Of a stretch of 64,000 nucleotides of DNA, positions 47,744 through 57,409 are shown piece by piece. The stretch is from positions 1,411,536 through 1,475,535 of the forward strand of contig JADJNU010000001.1 of the NCBI GenBank assembly GCA_016714165.1, read 5' to 3'. A program made the position numbers and the translations under genes. Source of the stretch: Bdellovibrionales bacterium (GTDB taxonomy: Bacteria; Bdellovibrionota; Bdellovibrionia; Bdellovibrionales; UBA1609). The notes beneath the pieces were generated by a model that was not told the origin of the DNA, did no database searches, and saw only the letters and a program-made list of their open reading frames with translations. The first letter of the stretch is position 1; each line of letters opens with the position of its first letter.

Positions 47744-49102
47744 TCAAAAGCAAGTCTTTGCCACAAAAGCTTCCTTCTTGCCTTTTATATGCACCTTCAT
47801 CCAAACCCCGTTGTGTTGACTCACAACCAGTTCTTGACCTTGATGAACAGCTTGAACAACTCGTCCATTTGCCGATGCGGCATCTCTCAAATTACAGTCC
47901 TTGCTGAGGGACATTTTCTTTGAAGATGCTTCTTTTCGCGTTGTCGAAACCTTCATTCCATTATCCTGACGGGCGGCAATAGCATCATTTGCATTTTCTA
48001 CAGCTACAGCACTCATTCTCGCTCGAGATTCAAGGGAAGCCGATTTGCGCTCTTGGCCGTGAGCCTTTTCCTTTCGAGTCCCCAGCTGAGCAAGCCTCTG
48101 GCGCTGACCTGCCTTAAGTTCATTAAGGTGAGCTTGAGCATCAGCGGCCCTTCCTTTAGCCTGATCCGCCTCAGCCTCTGCCATCCCTACCTCTTCCTCC
48201 TTCAATTCCAATTCCTTACGGAGCTTGCGCATCTGCAGTTCAGCCTTATTCACAATGCTATTTGATGCGTCCATCTGTTCCTTAAAGTGAGACTTTTTGG
48301 TTTCAGCATCGCGTGTCTCCTTTCTGAGTTTTTCTTCCGTCTGCCTTATTCTTGCGAGACTGCTTTTTTCGGCTAACTTGGACTCAGCCAAGTCCTTTTT
48401 TGCTTTTGTCACTGTTTCCTTTGTTTTTTGTATTTGATATTCTATCTCTCGAATCTGATTCATGTTCCCGCTCACTTTTTCGTTGATCATATTGCGGTCT
48501 CGCAATGTTTTATCTCTCGCGTCAATCATCTCAGCGTGTTGGTTTTTCTTATTTGCAATATCTTGATTTAATTTCTTGATCTGGGCCTCTGATCTCTGGA
48601 TATCCTTTTGGTAGGCCTCTTTTTCCTGCCTGGCCGCAACAATTTTTTTATCGTATTCCGAAATTTGAGCTTCGGCATCTCGAGATTTGCTGCGCGCTCT
48701 CGCAATGGCCCCCTGAGCTTCCTCTTTAGCTTTGTCGGCGGCCTTCCTTTCATTTTCAGCCCGATTTCTGGAAGCCTTTGCCTCTTCAGTCGCGGCGTCC
48801 GACTCTTGGAGAGTGTCTTCCATTTCGGATTCGACATCATCCAGATCCGCAACCATAATGCCACGGGAATCAGAGGCTTCAACTTCGCTCACCATCATCA
48901 TCGTCATCTGAAACAAGAGAAAGAGATGGACCCCCCCAAGACATGTGACTTTGATGAATGATTTAACTGACATTCCTCGATCTTTACATACCCCATGCCC
49001 TCCGCCATGCCCACAAATGGGAGCATCTCCCAAGAATGGGTCGAATCCAGATTTCAGAAATAAGCCACGCTTCAATGATGAATCATACCTTAGAGATGGC
49101 AT
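47744..49102 (-). CDS. long coiled-coil K/E-rich protein with C-terminal SH3-like domain; start uncertain (alternative ~48907)
   Basis: Heptad-like charged repeats over ~300 aa; C-terminal GRVVQAVHQGQELVVSQHNGVWMKVHIKGKKEAFV resembles bacterial SH3. Confidence 0.45.
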   Translation of the reverse strand: MPSLRYDSSLKRGLFLKSGFDPFLGDAPICGHGGGHGVCKDRGMSVKSFIKVTCLGGVHLFLLFQMTMMMVSEVEASDSRGIMVADLDDVESEMEDTLQESDAATEEAKASRNRAENERKAADKAKEEAQGAIARARSKSRDAEAQISEYDKKIVAARQEKEAYQKDIQRSEAQIKKLNQDIANKKNQHAEMIDARDKTLRDRNMINEKVSGNMNQIREIEYQIQKTKETVTKAKKDLAESKLAEKSSLARIRQTEEKLRKETRDAETKKSHFKEQMDASNSIVNKAELQMRKLRKELELKEEEVGMAEAEADQAKGRAADAQAHLNELKAGQRQRLAQLGTRKEKAHGQERKSASLESRARMSAVAVENANDAIAARQDNGMKVSTTRKEASSKKMSLSKDCNLRDAASANGRVVQAVHQGQELVVSQHNGVWMKVHIKGKKEAFVAKTCF

Positions 49103-49615
49103 TCCTCGTCCCCTCCCGCCTGGGATGTCTCTAACTTATCGGCAATTGGATAGAATATTGAAATGAATGGGCCTCGACCCCAACAAGTAAATGATGAATT
49201 TTATACATGTACCGGACCGCTTTTGGAACCTCTGTCAAAGAGCCTTTCAAACTGCTTACATATCAATAAATATCAAGTAATTACAATGGGTTAAATTAAA
49301 ATAAGTTTCTTGGCTCACACCAGGCCGAGAACGCTGGACCATTTTGGCCTGTTAAATTTTCCATTAGAGATAATTTGGCGTTCTCAAATCAAAACAAATG
49401 GGTCCAGACCACAAGATCACTTGGCACTGACCTTGCTATAGAGGATGTGCATCCCCCCTTAGCGGCCTGGTCCCCCTCCTTACCCTCCAGGTCGCTATTT
49501 TTTTGTTCAAATCCCAAAAATGAGAATCCCCCGAAGGAGCGAACTCCATAGTCCTTTGCACTGAATCCCTTCTGGACCCTTTTCGGTTCACTGGAAACGA
49601 CATAAACTGTGGCGG

Positions 49616-50419
49616 ATGGCTCCAATAATTGTCTTTGTTTGGCGGGATAGATTCCTTCGACCCTTAGCAGCTATGTTGTCGGGAACTCTCCTCTTTCATT
49701 TGCCCTTCTCGCTTTGCTATGCTTCGGCTAAAATCATCATTGATCCTGGGCACGGAGGGCAGGACAAAGGGGCCGTTTTCAACGGCACAAAAGAGTCTGA
49801 CCTCACCCTCCAGATATCCACCCGGCTCCATAGCCTTTTGCGTCAGCGCGGATTTGAAGTGGTCATGACAAGGGAAACAGACCGGCATGTCTCTCTCGCC
49901 GAGAGGGCCCGAATAGCAAGAGAACACGAGGGCCATCTGTTTTTGAGTATTCATACAAACTCCTCAGGAGACACCAAGGCACACGGCATGGAAGTGTATT
50001 TTGAGAATCAGCTTCCCGCGGACGAGGAATCCATGTTTCTCGCTAACAAAGAGAATAGTGACCTCAAACAAAAGGAAGAAACGGGGTGGCCGCTCCGACC
50101 TATCGCCGAAGCCGATCATCTGAGCGGAGATCTGCTCAATATTGTTCAGGACCTTCAGCGAAATTTTCGAATTCAAACCAGCTCCCAATTTGCCCTCCAA
50201 TTGGCTGAGAATTGGCGAGGAAGGAAGCGCCCCGCAGAAAACACCGTTCATCAAGCCCCATTTTATGTCCTAAAAAACGTCAATATGACGAGTGCCCTTA
50301 TTGAGGTTGGTTTCATCTCTAATATCAGCGAAGCAGAAGATCTCAAATCTGCGAGCTACCAAAATGAAATTGTCCGGGGAATTTTGCATGGAATCGAAGG
50401 TTTTACTCAAAAGAAATGA
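49616..50419 (+). CDS. N-acetylmuramoyl-L-alanine amidase (Amidase_3 family)
   Basis: IIIDPGHGGQDKGAV ... LFLSIHTNS ... EVGFISN motifs of Amidase_3. Confidence 0.85.
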   Translation: MAPIIVFVWRDRFLRPLAAMLSGTLLFHLPFSLCYASAKIIIDPGHGGQDKGAVFNGTKESDLTLQISTRLHSLLRQRGFEVVMTRETDRHVSLAERARIAREHEGHLFLSIHTNSSGDTKAHGMEVYFENQLPADEESMFLANKENSDLKQKEETGWPLRPIAEADHLSGDLLNIVQDLQRNFRIQTSSQFALQLAENWRGRKRPAENTVHQAPFYVLKNVNMTSALIEVGFISNISEAEDLKSASYQNEIVRGILHGIEGFTQKK

Positions 50420-50455
50420 TAGACAAATTGGCGGCCGAGGACCTAAGGTACCGCC

Positions 50456-51178
50456 ATGCGTACAGATGGAAGAAAATTCTACGAACTCAGAAAAGTCACG
50501 ATTGAGCCGGAGGTCCTCCGCTATGCGGAAGGAAGTGCTCGGATACAAATGGGTGAAACCGTTGTCCTATGCACCGCCACAGTAGAAGATGGAATCCCCA
50601 AGTGGTTGCAGGGTTCTGGGGCCGGGTGGATCACAGCAGAATATGGAATGCTCCCTCGAAGCACTCATACCCGCATCAACCGCGATAAAGCCCTCAACGG
50701 CGGTCGAACTCAGGAAATTTCCCGCCTCATTGGGAGAAGCCTTCGAAGTGCCGTCGATTTGAAGGCTCTTGGAGAAAGGCAGCTGACAATTGATTGCGAT
50801 GTATTGCAGGCAGATGGAGGGACTCGGACTGCCGCTGTCACAGGCGGGTTTGTGGCTCTCGCTCTAGCTCTGAAGTTTATGAAAAATCAGGGTCTCATCA
50901 GTTCAATTCCGATCATTCATTACATCTCAGCCGTCAGCGTTGGGCTTCAAAATGGACAGGCGCTTTTGGATCTGAACTATGATGAGGACTCCACCATCCA
51001 TACGGACATGAATTTTGTGATGACCCATTCTGGCAGCTTAGTTGAAATTCAGGGGACAGCTGAGGCTTGCACATTTACGCGAAAAGAACTTGATACAATG
51101 CTTGACCTGGCGACAAAGGCTTGCCGTGAATTGACGGAGTTCCAAAAGAATATTTTAGGCGACCTAGGGAAAGTTTGA
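50456..51178 (+). CDS. rph: ribonuclease PH
   Basis: Full-length match to RNase PH pattern (MRTDGR..., GSARIQMGETVVLCTA, DCDVLQADGGTRTA). Confidence 0.9.
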   Translation: MRTDGRKFYELRKVTIEPEVLRYAEGSARIQMGETVVLCTATVEDGIPKWLQGSGAGWITAEYGMLPRSTHTRINRDKALNGGRTQEISRLIGRSLRSAVDLKALGERQLTIDCDVLQADGGTRTAAVTGGFVALALALKFMKNQGLISSIPIIHYISAVSVGLQNGQALLDLNYDEDSTIHTDMNFVMTHSGSLVEIQGTAEACTFTRKELDTMLDLATKACRELTEFQKNILGDLGKV

Positions 51179-51187
51179 GGCAGAATA

Positions 51188-51787
51188 ATGGTCATTTGGG
51201 TTGCCACTGAAAACAAAGGAAAACTGAGTGAATTCAAACTGCTACTTGATCCACTCAAGTTGGATATACACTCGCAGTCAGAGCTCTCTTATTTTTCCCC
51301 GCCCCCTGAAAATGGGGACAGTTTTCTAGCCAATGCTCGAATAAAAACTCGAGCACTTAAAGCCTTAAAAAAGGAGTTTTGGGTTGTTGGCGAAGACTCT
51401 GGCCTTGAAGTAGAGGGACTCGGTAACCTGCCAGGAATTCATTCCGCCAGGTACGCAGGCCCAAAAGCGGGTGACCGAGAAAATGTCGCAAAGCTTTTGA
51501 AAATGATGGAGCTGCGGTCTTTTACCAATCGAAAAGCAAGATTTAAATGTGTCATGGTTGCCTATTCCCCCGATGGTCAGGAGCACGTCATGGAGGGACT
51601 CTTGCAGGGCGAACTTGCCAAAAAAGCCACCGGCACATCCGGATTTGGATATGATCCCGTCTTTATCCCAGAAGGGCAGACCAAAACCATCGCAGAACTT
51701 GGGCTTGCGTTCAAAAATCAAGTCTCTCACCGCGCCCAGGCGCTCCAGCAACTGGTGAAAATCCTCGAAGGCCCGACGACAGTTTAA
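51188..51787 (+). CDS. rdgB: dITP/XTP pyrophosphatase (Ham1/RdgB family)
   Basis: Ham1 motifs ...FKCVMVAY..., GFGYDPVF; conserved rph-rdgB adjacency. Confidence 0.9.
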   Translation: MVIWVATENKGKLSEFKLLLDPLKLDIHSQSELSYFSPPPENGDSFLANARIKTRALKALKKEFWVVGEDSGLEVEGLGNLPGIHSARYAGPKAGDRENVAKLLKMMELRSFTNRKARFKCVMVAYSPDGQEHVMEGLLQGELAKKATGTSGFGYDPVFIPEGQTKTIAELGLAFKNQVSHRAQALQQLVKILEGPTTV

Positions 51788-51865
51788 ACAGTCTTTTCCG
51801 CCTGATCACGGCAAGCCACACTATTTTTACTATTTTTTTGTTATTTTTGGGTATTTCGCTGCCAT

Positions 51866-52273
51866 TTAGGAACTTGAAACATCGGTCTCTTCTGGTTCCC
51901 TTCTGACCAAAGATTCTCTCACAAATGGAACTGGCTCTCCGTCTGTTCGCTCCAAATCAGCCCAACTTCGAAATAATTTCATTTCTTCAAGGGAAGCGTA
52001 GATGTGAATTTGACGTTTGATTTTCTCCGAGGGAGCCAGCAGAGCCAGAGATCCTCCCAGTTTTCCGATCTGATCCGCAACGACGGCGAGATATTTTATA
52101 CTTGGCAAACTGAGAAAAATTGCCTGCCTAAGATCAATAACCAAATAAAGCTCCCTCTTTTGGAGCAAATGATCTATCTGACTTTGCAATTTCCTAAAAT
52201 TGACAGAGTCGACCCGATCACCGACCGAAATAACACTCCAATTAGCAGATTTTCGGATCTCAAAAGCAGACAT
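51866..52273 (-). CDS. STAS-domain protein (anti-sigma-factor antagonist-like); start could alternatively be 52378 giving N-terminal TM
   Basis: LVIDLRQAIFLSLPSIKYLAVVADQIGKLGGSLALLAPSEKIKRQI typical SpoIIAA-like STAS. Confidence 0.55.
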   Translation of the reverse strand: MSAFEIRKSANWSVISVGDRVDSVNFRKLQSQIDHLLQKRELYLVIDLRQAIFLSLPSIKYLAVVADQIGKLGGSLALLAPSEKIKRQIHIYASLEEMKLFRSWADLERTDGEPVPFVRESLVRREPEETDVSSS

Positions 52274-52410
52274 GGGTTCATTATCGACGGCAGGCCGGGA
52301 CAGTGTCAATCTGGAGACTTCTCGCCCAACCGAAGGCCAGAAAACGAAACACAGGATCAAGCGGATCCAACTGGACAAGGCCTCTTAACTAGGCTACAAA
52401 ATCGGCATCT

Positions 52411-53358
52411 ATGACAGACTTGAAGATTTTTTCTGGAACATCAAATCAGGACCTCGCGGGCAAGATAGCAAGCGAAGCAGGTGTAGAGCTTGGTCGTTGC
52501 GATATCAAGCGCTTTGCCGATGGTGAGATTCAGGTGGAAATCCACGAAAGTGTGAGGGGTTGCAACGTATTTTTCGTTCAGAGCACTTGCCCACCAGTAA
52601 ATGAAAACTACATGGAGTTATTTATTGTCCTGGATGCCTTTCGAAGGGCATCGGCCAATGAGATCACCTCTGTGATGCCATATTATGGATATGCGCGCCA
52701 AGATCGTAAAGTTGCACCCCGCGCCCCAATATCGGCTAAATGTGTCGCCCAGCTGTTGAAAACGGCGGGAGCTGACCGTCTCGTTGTTGTGGATCTCCAT
52801 TCCTCTCAAATTCAGGGTTTTTTTGATGGACCCTTTGACCACTTGTTTGCGATCCCTACCCTTGCACGAACATGGCGAGAGAAATTTGGAACGGGAGAAG
52901 AATTTGTGGTGGTCAGCCCTGACGCAGGTGGAGTTGAGCGAGCTCGTGCCTTTGCGAAACGGCTGGAGTGTTCTATTGCCATTGTTGACAAGCGCAGAAC
53001 TGGGCCAAATGTTGCGAAAGCCGTCCACCTGATCGGTGACGTCAAAGGAAAAACAGCGATTGTCCTGGATGATATGATTGATACTGCTGGAACATTATGT
53101 CAAAGTGTTGACAGCCTGATTAAGAATGGTGCAAAAAGGGCGTTTGCCGTTGCGACTCATCCAGTCCTTTCTGGACCCGCTATCAGCAGAATTATGGAAA
53201 GTGGACTGGAGAAGGTTTTGGTAACGGATACGATTCCCTTGCGCCCTGAAGGGGTCGCATGCCCGAAAATAGAGGTGATTTCCGTTGCACCTTTGGTTGC
53301 TGAGGCGATTAAGAGAATTAATAGTAAAGATTCTGTAAGTGCTTTATTTGAAGTTTAG
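52411..53358 (+). CDS. prs: ribose-phosphate pyrophosphokinase
   Basis: Full-length PRPP synthetase pattern incl. DLHSSQIQGFF and PRPP-binding IVLDDMIDTAGT. Confidence 0.95.
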   Translation: MTDLKIFSGTSNQDLAGKIASEAGVELGRCDIKRFADGEIQVEIHESVRGCNVFFVQSTCPPVNENYMELFIVLDAFRRASANEITSVMPYYGYARQDRKVAPRAPISAKCVAQLLKTAGADRLVVVDLHSSQIQGFFDGPFDHLFAIPTLARTWREKFGTGEEFVVVSPDAGGVERARAFAKRLECSIAIVDKRRTGPNVAKAVHLIGDVKGKTAIVLDDMIDTAGTLCQSVDSLIKNGAKRAFAVATHPVLSGPAISRIMESGLEKVLVTDTIPLRPEGVACPKIEVISVAPLVAEAIKRINSKDSVSALFEV

Positions 53359-53372
53359 GAGAGACCTATAAA

Positions 53373-54074
53373 ATGACATCACAACAATCCGTAGATATTA
53401 AAGTTTCTGGACGTAAGCCTGGCAAGGGCGCATCTCGATCCTTGCGAAGTTCAAAGTTGGTACCGGCCGTCGTGTACGGACCCAAAACAGGCAATCTGCC
53501 ATTCTGTCTCTCCGAAGTTGAGGCAGAAAGATATTCAAAACATAGATTCGACAATATCATTTTCACCTTAAAATCGGACGACCCTAAGTTGAATAACTTG
53601 AAGGTCTTGCGGAAGGATTTTGCCGTTCACCCTCTTTCTCGGCGCCCCATTCATTTTGACTTTTATGCGATCGATTTAACTCAAGAAGTGACGATCAAGG
53701 TAGAATTGCGTTTTGACGGTAAACCACTTGGAGCAGCAGGAGGCGGCGTGCTCAACGTCATTCGTCGTGATGTGGAGATTCGATGTCTGCCGGGCAATAT
53801 CCCCGACTCTCTTCCTGTTGATGTTTCAGGTCTTGGTCTGGGCGAGTCTATCCACGTATCTGACCTGAAACTCCCTCCAGATATTACTATTATCACAGAC
53901 GGATCTGACACCCTCGCAACTTGCGCTGTCGTGAAAGAAGAAACTGCCCCTGCGGCCGCAGCAGGAGCCACAGAAGCGGCAGCGGGTGCTGTTCCCGCAG
54001 CTGGCGGAGCAGCAGCAACAGCAGCTCCTGCGGGCGGCGGTGGAAGTTCACAAGCTGGTGACAAGAAGGGCTAA
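53373..54074 (+). CDS. rplY: 50S ribosomal protein L25 / general stress protein Ctc, with Ala/Gly-rich C-terminal tail
   Basis: L25/Ctc N-domain and beta-barrel C-domain; located in prs-rplY-pth cluster. Confidence 0.85.
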   Translation: MTSQQSVDIKVSGRKPGKGASRSLRSSKLVPAVVYGPKTGNLPFCLSEVEAERYSKHRFDNIIFTLKSDDPKLNNLKVLRKDFAVHPLSRRPIHFDFYAIDLTQEVTIKVELRFDGKPLGAAGGGVLNVIRRDVEIRCLPGNIPDSLPVDVSGLGLGESIHVSDLKLPPDITIITDGSDTLATCAVVKEETAPAAAAGATEAAAGAVPAAGGAAATAAPAGGGGSSQAGDKKG

Positions 54075-54121
54075 AGAGCCCTCTTGTTGTTAGGCTGCAA
54101 CTTTGATGGACATATGAATTC

Positions 54122-54685
54122 ATGAAACTCATTGTGGGGCTGGGTAATCCCGGGGATAAATATAAGCTGACCCGGCACAATATAGGATTCATGGCGATTG
54201 ACGCCATGACTCAGTCTTTCGGTGCAGATTCATATAAAAATGAACATAAATCATTGACCACCAGGATCTCTGTTAACTCCGAGGTTATCCTTTTGGCCAA
54301 ACCGCAGACATTTATGAACCTCTCAGGGGAAGCCGTTCAATCTCTCATGGCTTATTACCGAATTGAAATTCAAGATTTGATGATTGCACATGATGAGATC
54401 GACCTTCAGTATGGAACCATGCGCTTCCAAACCCATCGCGGCCACGGCGGACACAACGGAATACGGAGTATTCATCAAACACTCGCGACCAACGAATACA
54501 AAAGGATCAGACTTGGCGTTGGCCGTCCACCACATGAACACATAGAAATAGCCGATTATGTTTTGCAGAACTTCAACTCCAGTGAAATGAATTTGCTTCC
54601 TGATTTTTTAAATTTGATTTGTGAAGGGGTTGAGTGTTCTATCAAGGATGGTTTTGAAAAGGCGGCGAGCCGCTATAACCGCTGA
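54122..54685 (+). CDS. pth: peptidyl-tRNA hydrolase
   Basis: MKLIVGLGNPG...TRHNIGF ... conserved Pth motifs. Confidence 0.9.
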   Translation: MKLIVGLGNPGDKYKLTRHNIGFMAIDAMTQSFGADSYKNEHKSLTTRISVNSEVILLAKPQTFMNLSGEAVQSLMAYYRIEIQDLMIAHDEIDLQYGTMRFQTHRGHGGHNGIRSIHQTLATNEYKRIRLGVGRPPHEHIEIADYVLQNFNSSEMNLLPDFLNLICEGVECSIKDGFEKAASRYNR

Positions 54686-54702
54686 GCGGAAAGGACATCG
54701 TC

Positions 54703-55803
54703 ATGGGTTTGCAAGTTGGAATCGTTGGGCTCCCGAACGTTGGAAAGAGCACTCTCTTCAATGCTCTCACGAGCGCTCAAGCGGAGGCGGCAAATTATCC
54801 TTTCTGCACCATCGATCCCAATGTTGGGGTTGTCGCAGTTCCAGATCCCCGCCTACCGAAAATTGCCGAAATTTTTAAATCTGAAAAAATTCTGCCGACG
54901 GCTATGGAATTTGTGGACATTGCAGGACTCGTAGCTGGAGCCAGCAAGGGAGAGGGCCTTGGTAATCAGTTCCTCGCCAACATTCGCCAGACAAATGCCA
55001 TCCTCCACGTTGTTCGCTGTTTTGACGAATCAAATGTTATTCATGTGGCCGGAAGCGTGAATCCACTGCGCGACATCGAAACAATCAATACAGAACTGAT
55101 GCTCGCCGATTTGGAGTCCGTTGAAAAGCGCCTCCAGAAAGTTGAGAAAACTGCTCGAACTTCAAAGGACAAGAAGATTTTGGCTGAAGCTAGCCTCGCT
55201 AGCAAGTTTCGTGGTGCACTAGCCGCAGGCAAAGCAGCCCGAACGGTTGAAGCCTCAGAAGATGAAAGCCCGCTCCGTCACGAATTTCATCTCCTGTCTG
55301 ATAAACCCGTTCTCTATGTTTGTAATGTGGGAGAATCAGAAATCTCTGGACCAGACAGTCAGTGGGTCCAAGACGTGAGAAAGCATGCTGCTACCGAGCA
55401 CAATCACGTCATTAAGATATGTAGCTCAATGGAAGCTGAAATTGCACAGCTTCCGGAAAGTGAGAGGGTGGAGTTTTTGGAATCCCTTGGAATCGAAGAA
55501 CCAGGACTCCATCGTTTGATTCGAGAGTCTTATCATCTATTGGCCTTAAGCACCTATTTTACGGCTGGACCCAAGGAAACCCGCGCCTGGACCATTTCAA
55601 TTGGAACCAAAGCACCCCAGGCTGCCGGCGTTATTCATACCGACTTTGAAAGAGGATTCATTCGGGCAGAAACTTACCATTGCAGCGACCTCTTTGCTCT
55701 TGGAACAGAGGCGGCCGTTAAGAATGCTGGAAAGTATCGCGTTGAGGGCAAGGACTATGTTGTCAAAGATGGTGACGTCTTGTTTTTTCGGTTCAATGTC
55801 TAA
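54703..55803 (+). CDS. ychF: redox-regulated ribosome-binding ATPase YchF
   Basis: [16 protein letters not shown]-loop, TGS C-terminal domain, 366 aa. Confidence 0.95.
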   Translation: MGLQVGIVGLPNVGKSTLFNALTSAQAEAANYPFCTIDPNVGVVAVPDPRLPKIAEIFKSEKILPTAMEFVDIAGLVAGASKGEGLGNQFLANIRQTNAILHVVRCFDESNVIHVAGSVNPLRDIETINTELMLADLESVEKRLQKVEKTARTSKDKKILAEASLASKFRGALAAGKAARTVEASEDESPLRHEFHLLSDKPVLYVCNVGESEISGPDSQWVQDVRKHAATEHNHVIKICSSMEAEIAQLPESERVEFLESLGIEEPGLHRLIRESYHLLALSTYFTAGPKETRAWTISIGTKAPQAAGVIHTDFERGFIRAETYHCSDLFALGTEAAVKNAGKYRVEGKDYVVKDGDVLFFRFNV

Positions 55804-55965
55804 GTTATTGTCTAAGTAAATGTCTAAGTCCCTGATATCCACTTTTTAGATTCCCCTTCCCAGGTTCAGATATCACGATTTCTCATGGTTTTGGTCAGTG
55901 GTCCAGGCGACCTTGTGCCTCTATCAATCCAGAGGTTATGATATCTAAAACGGAGGTAATGAATT

Positions 55966-56475
55966 GTGTCCTCGATAGAGATTTCTTATGAGTTGGGCCC
56001 AAATCACCCAACAGCAAAAATTATAGGCAATATTGGTGAACGCATTGATTTGTACGGTATGCCCTTGTCTGGAATCGACGAACTTACAATTGATTTTAAA
56101 AAAGTTAACTATATTAACTCCATTGGAGTTAAAAATTGGATTAATTGGATCTCTCGCGTTCCCAAAAAACTGAAATTGAATCTCATCAATTGTATCCCAG
56201 CCGTGATAAACCAACTCAACAGTGTGACTGGTTTCATTCCTGCAAATGGAGTTGTCGAATCTTTTTTTATCCCCTACGCATGTGACAAATGTGGCCATGA
56301 AGAATTGAGTCTTGCTAAAAGAGGGACAAGCTACGAATATCCAGCCCTATCCAGGCCTCCAAAGCATTTGGTTCCAGAAAACATCGTTTGTCCAAAGTGC
56401 GGTGAAAAAATGGAGATGGACATGCTACCAATGCGCTATTTTTCGTTTCTTTCAGGTCCCAATCCACAAAGGTAG
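55966..56475 (+). CDS. hypothetical protein with C-terminal zinc-ribbon (CDKCG...CPKCG); GTG start
   Basis: Two CxxCG pairs separated by ~40 aa; N-terminal ~100 aa of unknown fold; GGAGGT RBS. Confidence 0.4.
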   Translation: MSSIEISYELGPNHPTAKIIGNIGERIDLYGMPLSGIDELTIDFKKVNYINSIGVKNWINWISRVPKKLKLNLINCIPAVINQLNSVTGFIPANGVVESFFIPYACDKCGHEELSLAKRGTSYEYPALSRPPKHLVPENIVCPKCGEKMEMDMLPMRYFSFLSGPNPQR

Positions 56476-56500
56476 AATCTGAATTTCCTCTCTTGTTTTT

Positions 56501-57409
56501 CTATTGTGACCAGGATTTCAGATCGCAGAGCACACCGTCTTTGAGACCAACTGAAGGCATTTCCACTGAACCATATCCAAATCCAATCATGAATTCATAA
56601 ACTATAATGGCAGCCGGCAAAATCACATCAGCCCGGTCTGGCTTCAGTCCCAATTCCTCTTGTCGCGACTTTATTGACATCGACTGAAGGAGAGTGATGA
56701 GCATCTCCAATTCGGAAAAGCTCATTCTCAGATGTGTGCGAATGCCCAAAAACTGGAAAGCCAGACGACCAAGGCAACGAGCGTTACCACCTGTCACGAT
56801 TAAATCTTCTGATAATTTGGATTCAGAAAAACCATGGCGTCTGATAAACCCCCTCACCACCTGGCGAATTCGCCTTCGCATCTGTTCAAAATCGCGGTCA
56901 GGACTATAGTCTTTGATCAACCTCACCGTTCCCATTCGCAAACTATCAATAACGGTAACCTTTCCTTTTCGAGATAAAATCGTCTCAACACTTCCTCCAC
57001 CAATATCAATAATCAGCGCATCCAACTTTCTCGAACCAAAGAAGCGAGATATCGCCATTTGCACCAGACGAGCCTCCTCTCGCCCGTTAATCACCTCAAT
57101 TTTTATTTGGCTTGAAGTAAAAATTCGCATGATGAGATCTGATGCATTGCGAGCTTCCCTAAAAGCACTCGTTGCCACTGCCTTGTGTTGAATAACGCCG
57201 TAGAAATCCATTATTTTCCTGAATCTTTGAAAGGCCTGGATAAGCTCAGAGGCCGTTTTTCTCTTTATAGAGCCGGTTGAGAAAACATCTTTTCCAAGAC
57301 GAATGGGAATTCGGACAACCTCAATCGCTCGAGGAGATTGTCCCCTTGCGCATTTCCCAATCACCATGCGAATGGCATTTGAACCTGTATCAATTCCCGC
57401 CACGAACAC
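56501..57409 (-). CDS. ppx: Ppx/GppA-family phosphatase (exopolyphosphatase-like, N-terminal two-domain core only)
   Basis: ASKHA-fold N-terminus MFVAGIDTGSNAIRMVIG; translationally coupled downstream of ppk1. Confidence 0.8.
   Translation of the reverse strand: MFVAGIDTGSNAIRMVIGKCARGQSPRAIEVVRIPIRLGKDVFSTGSIKRKTASELIQAFQRFRKIMDFYGVIQHKAVATSAFREARNASDLIMRIFTSSQIKIEVINGREEARLVQMAISRFFGSRKLDALIIDIGGGSVETILSRKGKVTVIDSLRMGTVRLIKDYSPDRDFEQMRRRIRQVVRGFIRRHGFSESKLSEDLIVTGGNARCLGRLAFQFLGIRTHLRMSFSELEMLITLLQSMSIKSRQEELGLKPDRADVILPAAIIVYEFMIGFGYGSVEMPSVGLKDGVLCDLKSWSQ

Noticed and set aside
49103-49615. Long AT-rich intergenic region upstream of amidase gene as possible ncRNA
   Set aside because: No convincing stem-loops or conserved motif recognisable by eye; likely promoter/leader region.
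53681-54207. Ala-rich antisense ORFs within rplY 3' region
   Set aside because: Artifact of GC-rich Ala/Gly codon run encoding the L25 C-terminal tail; no start context.
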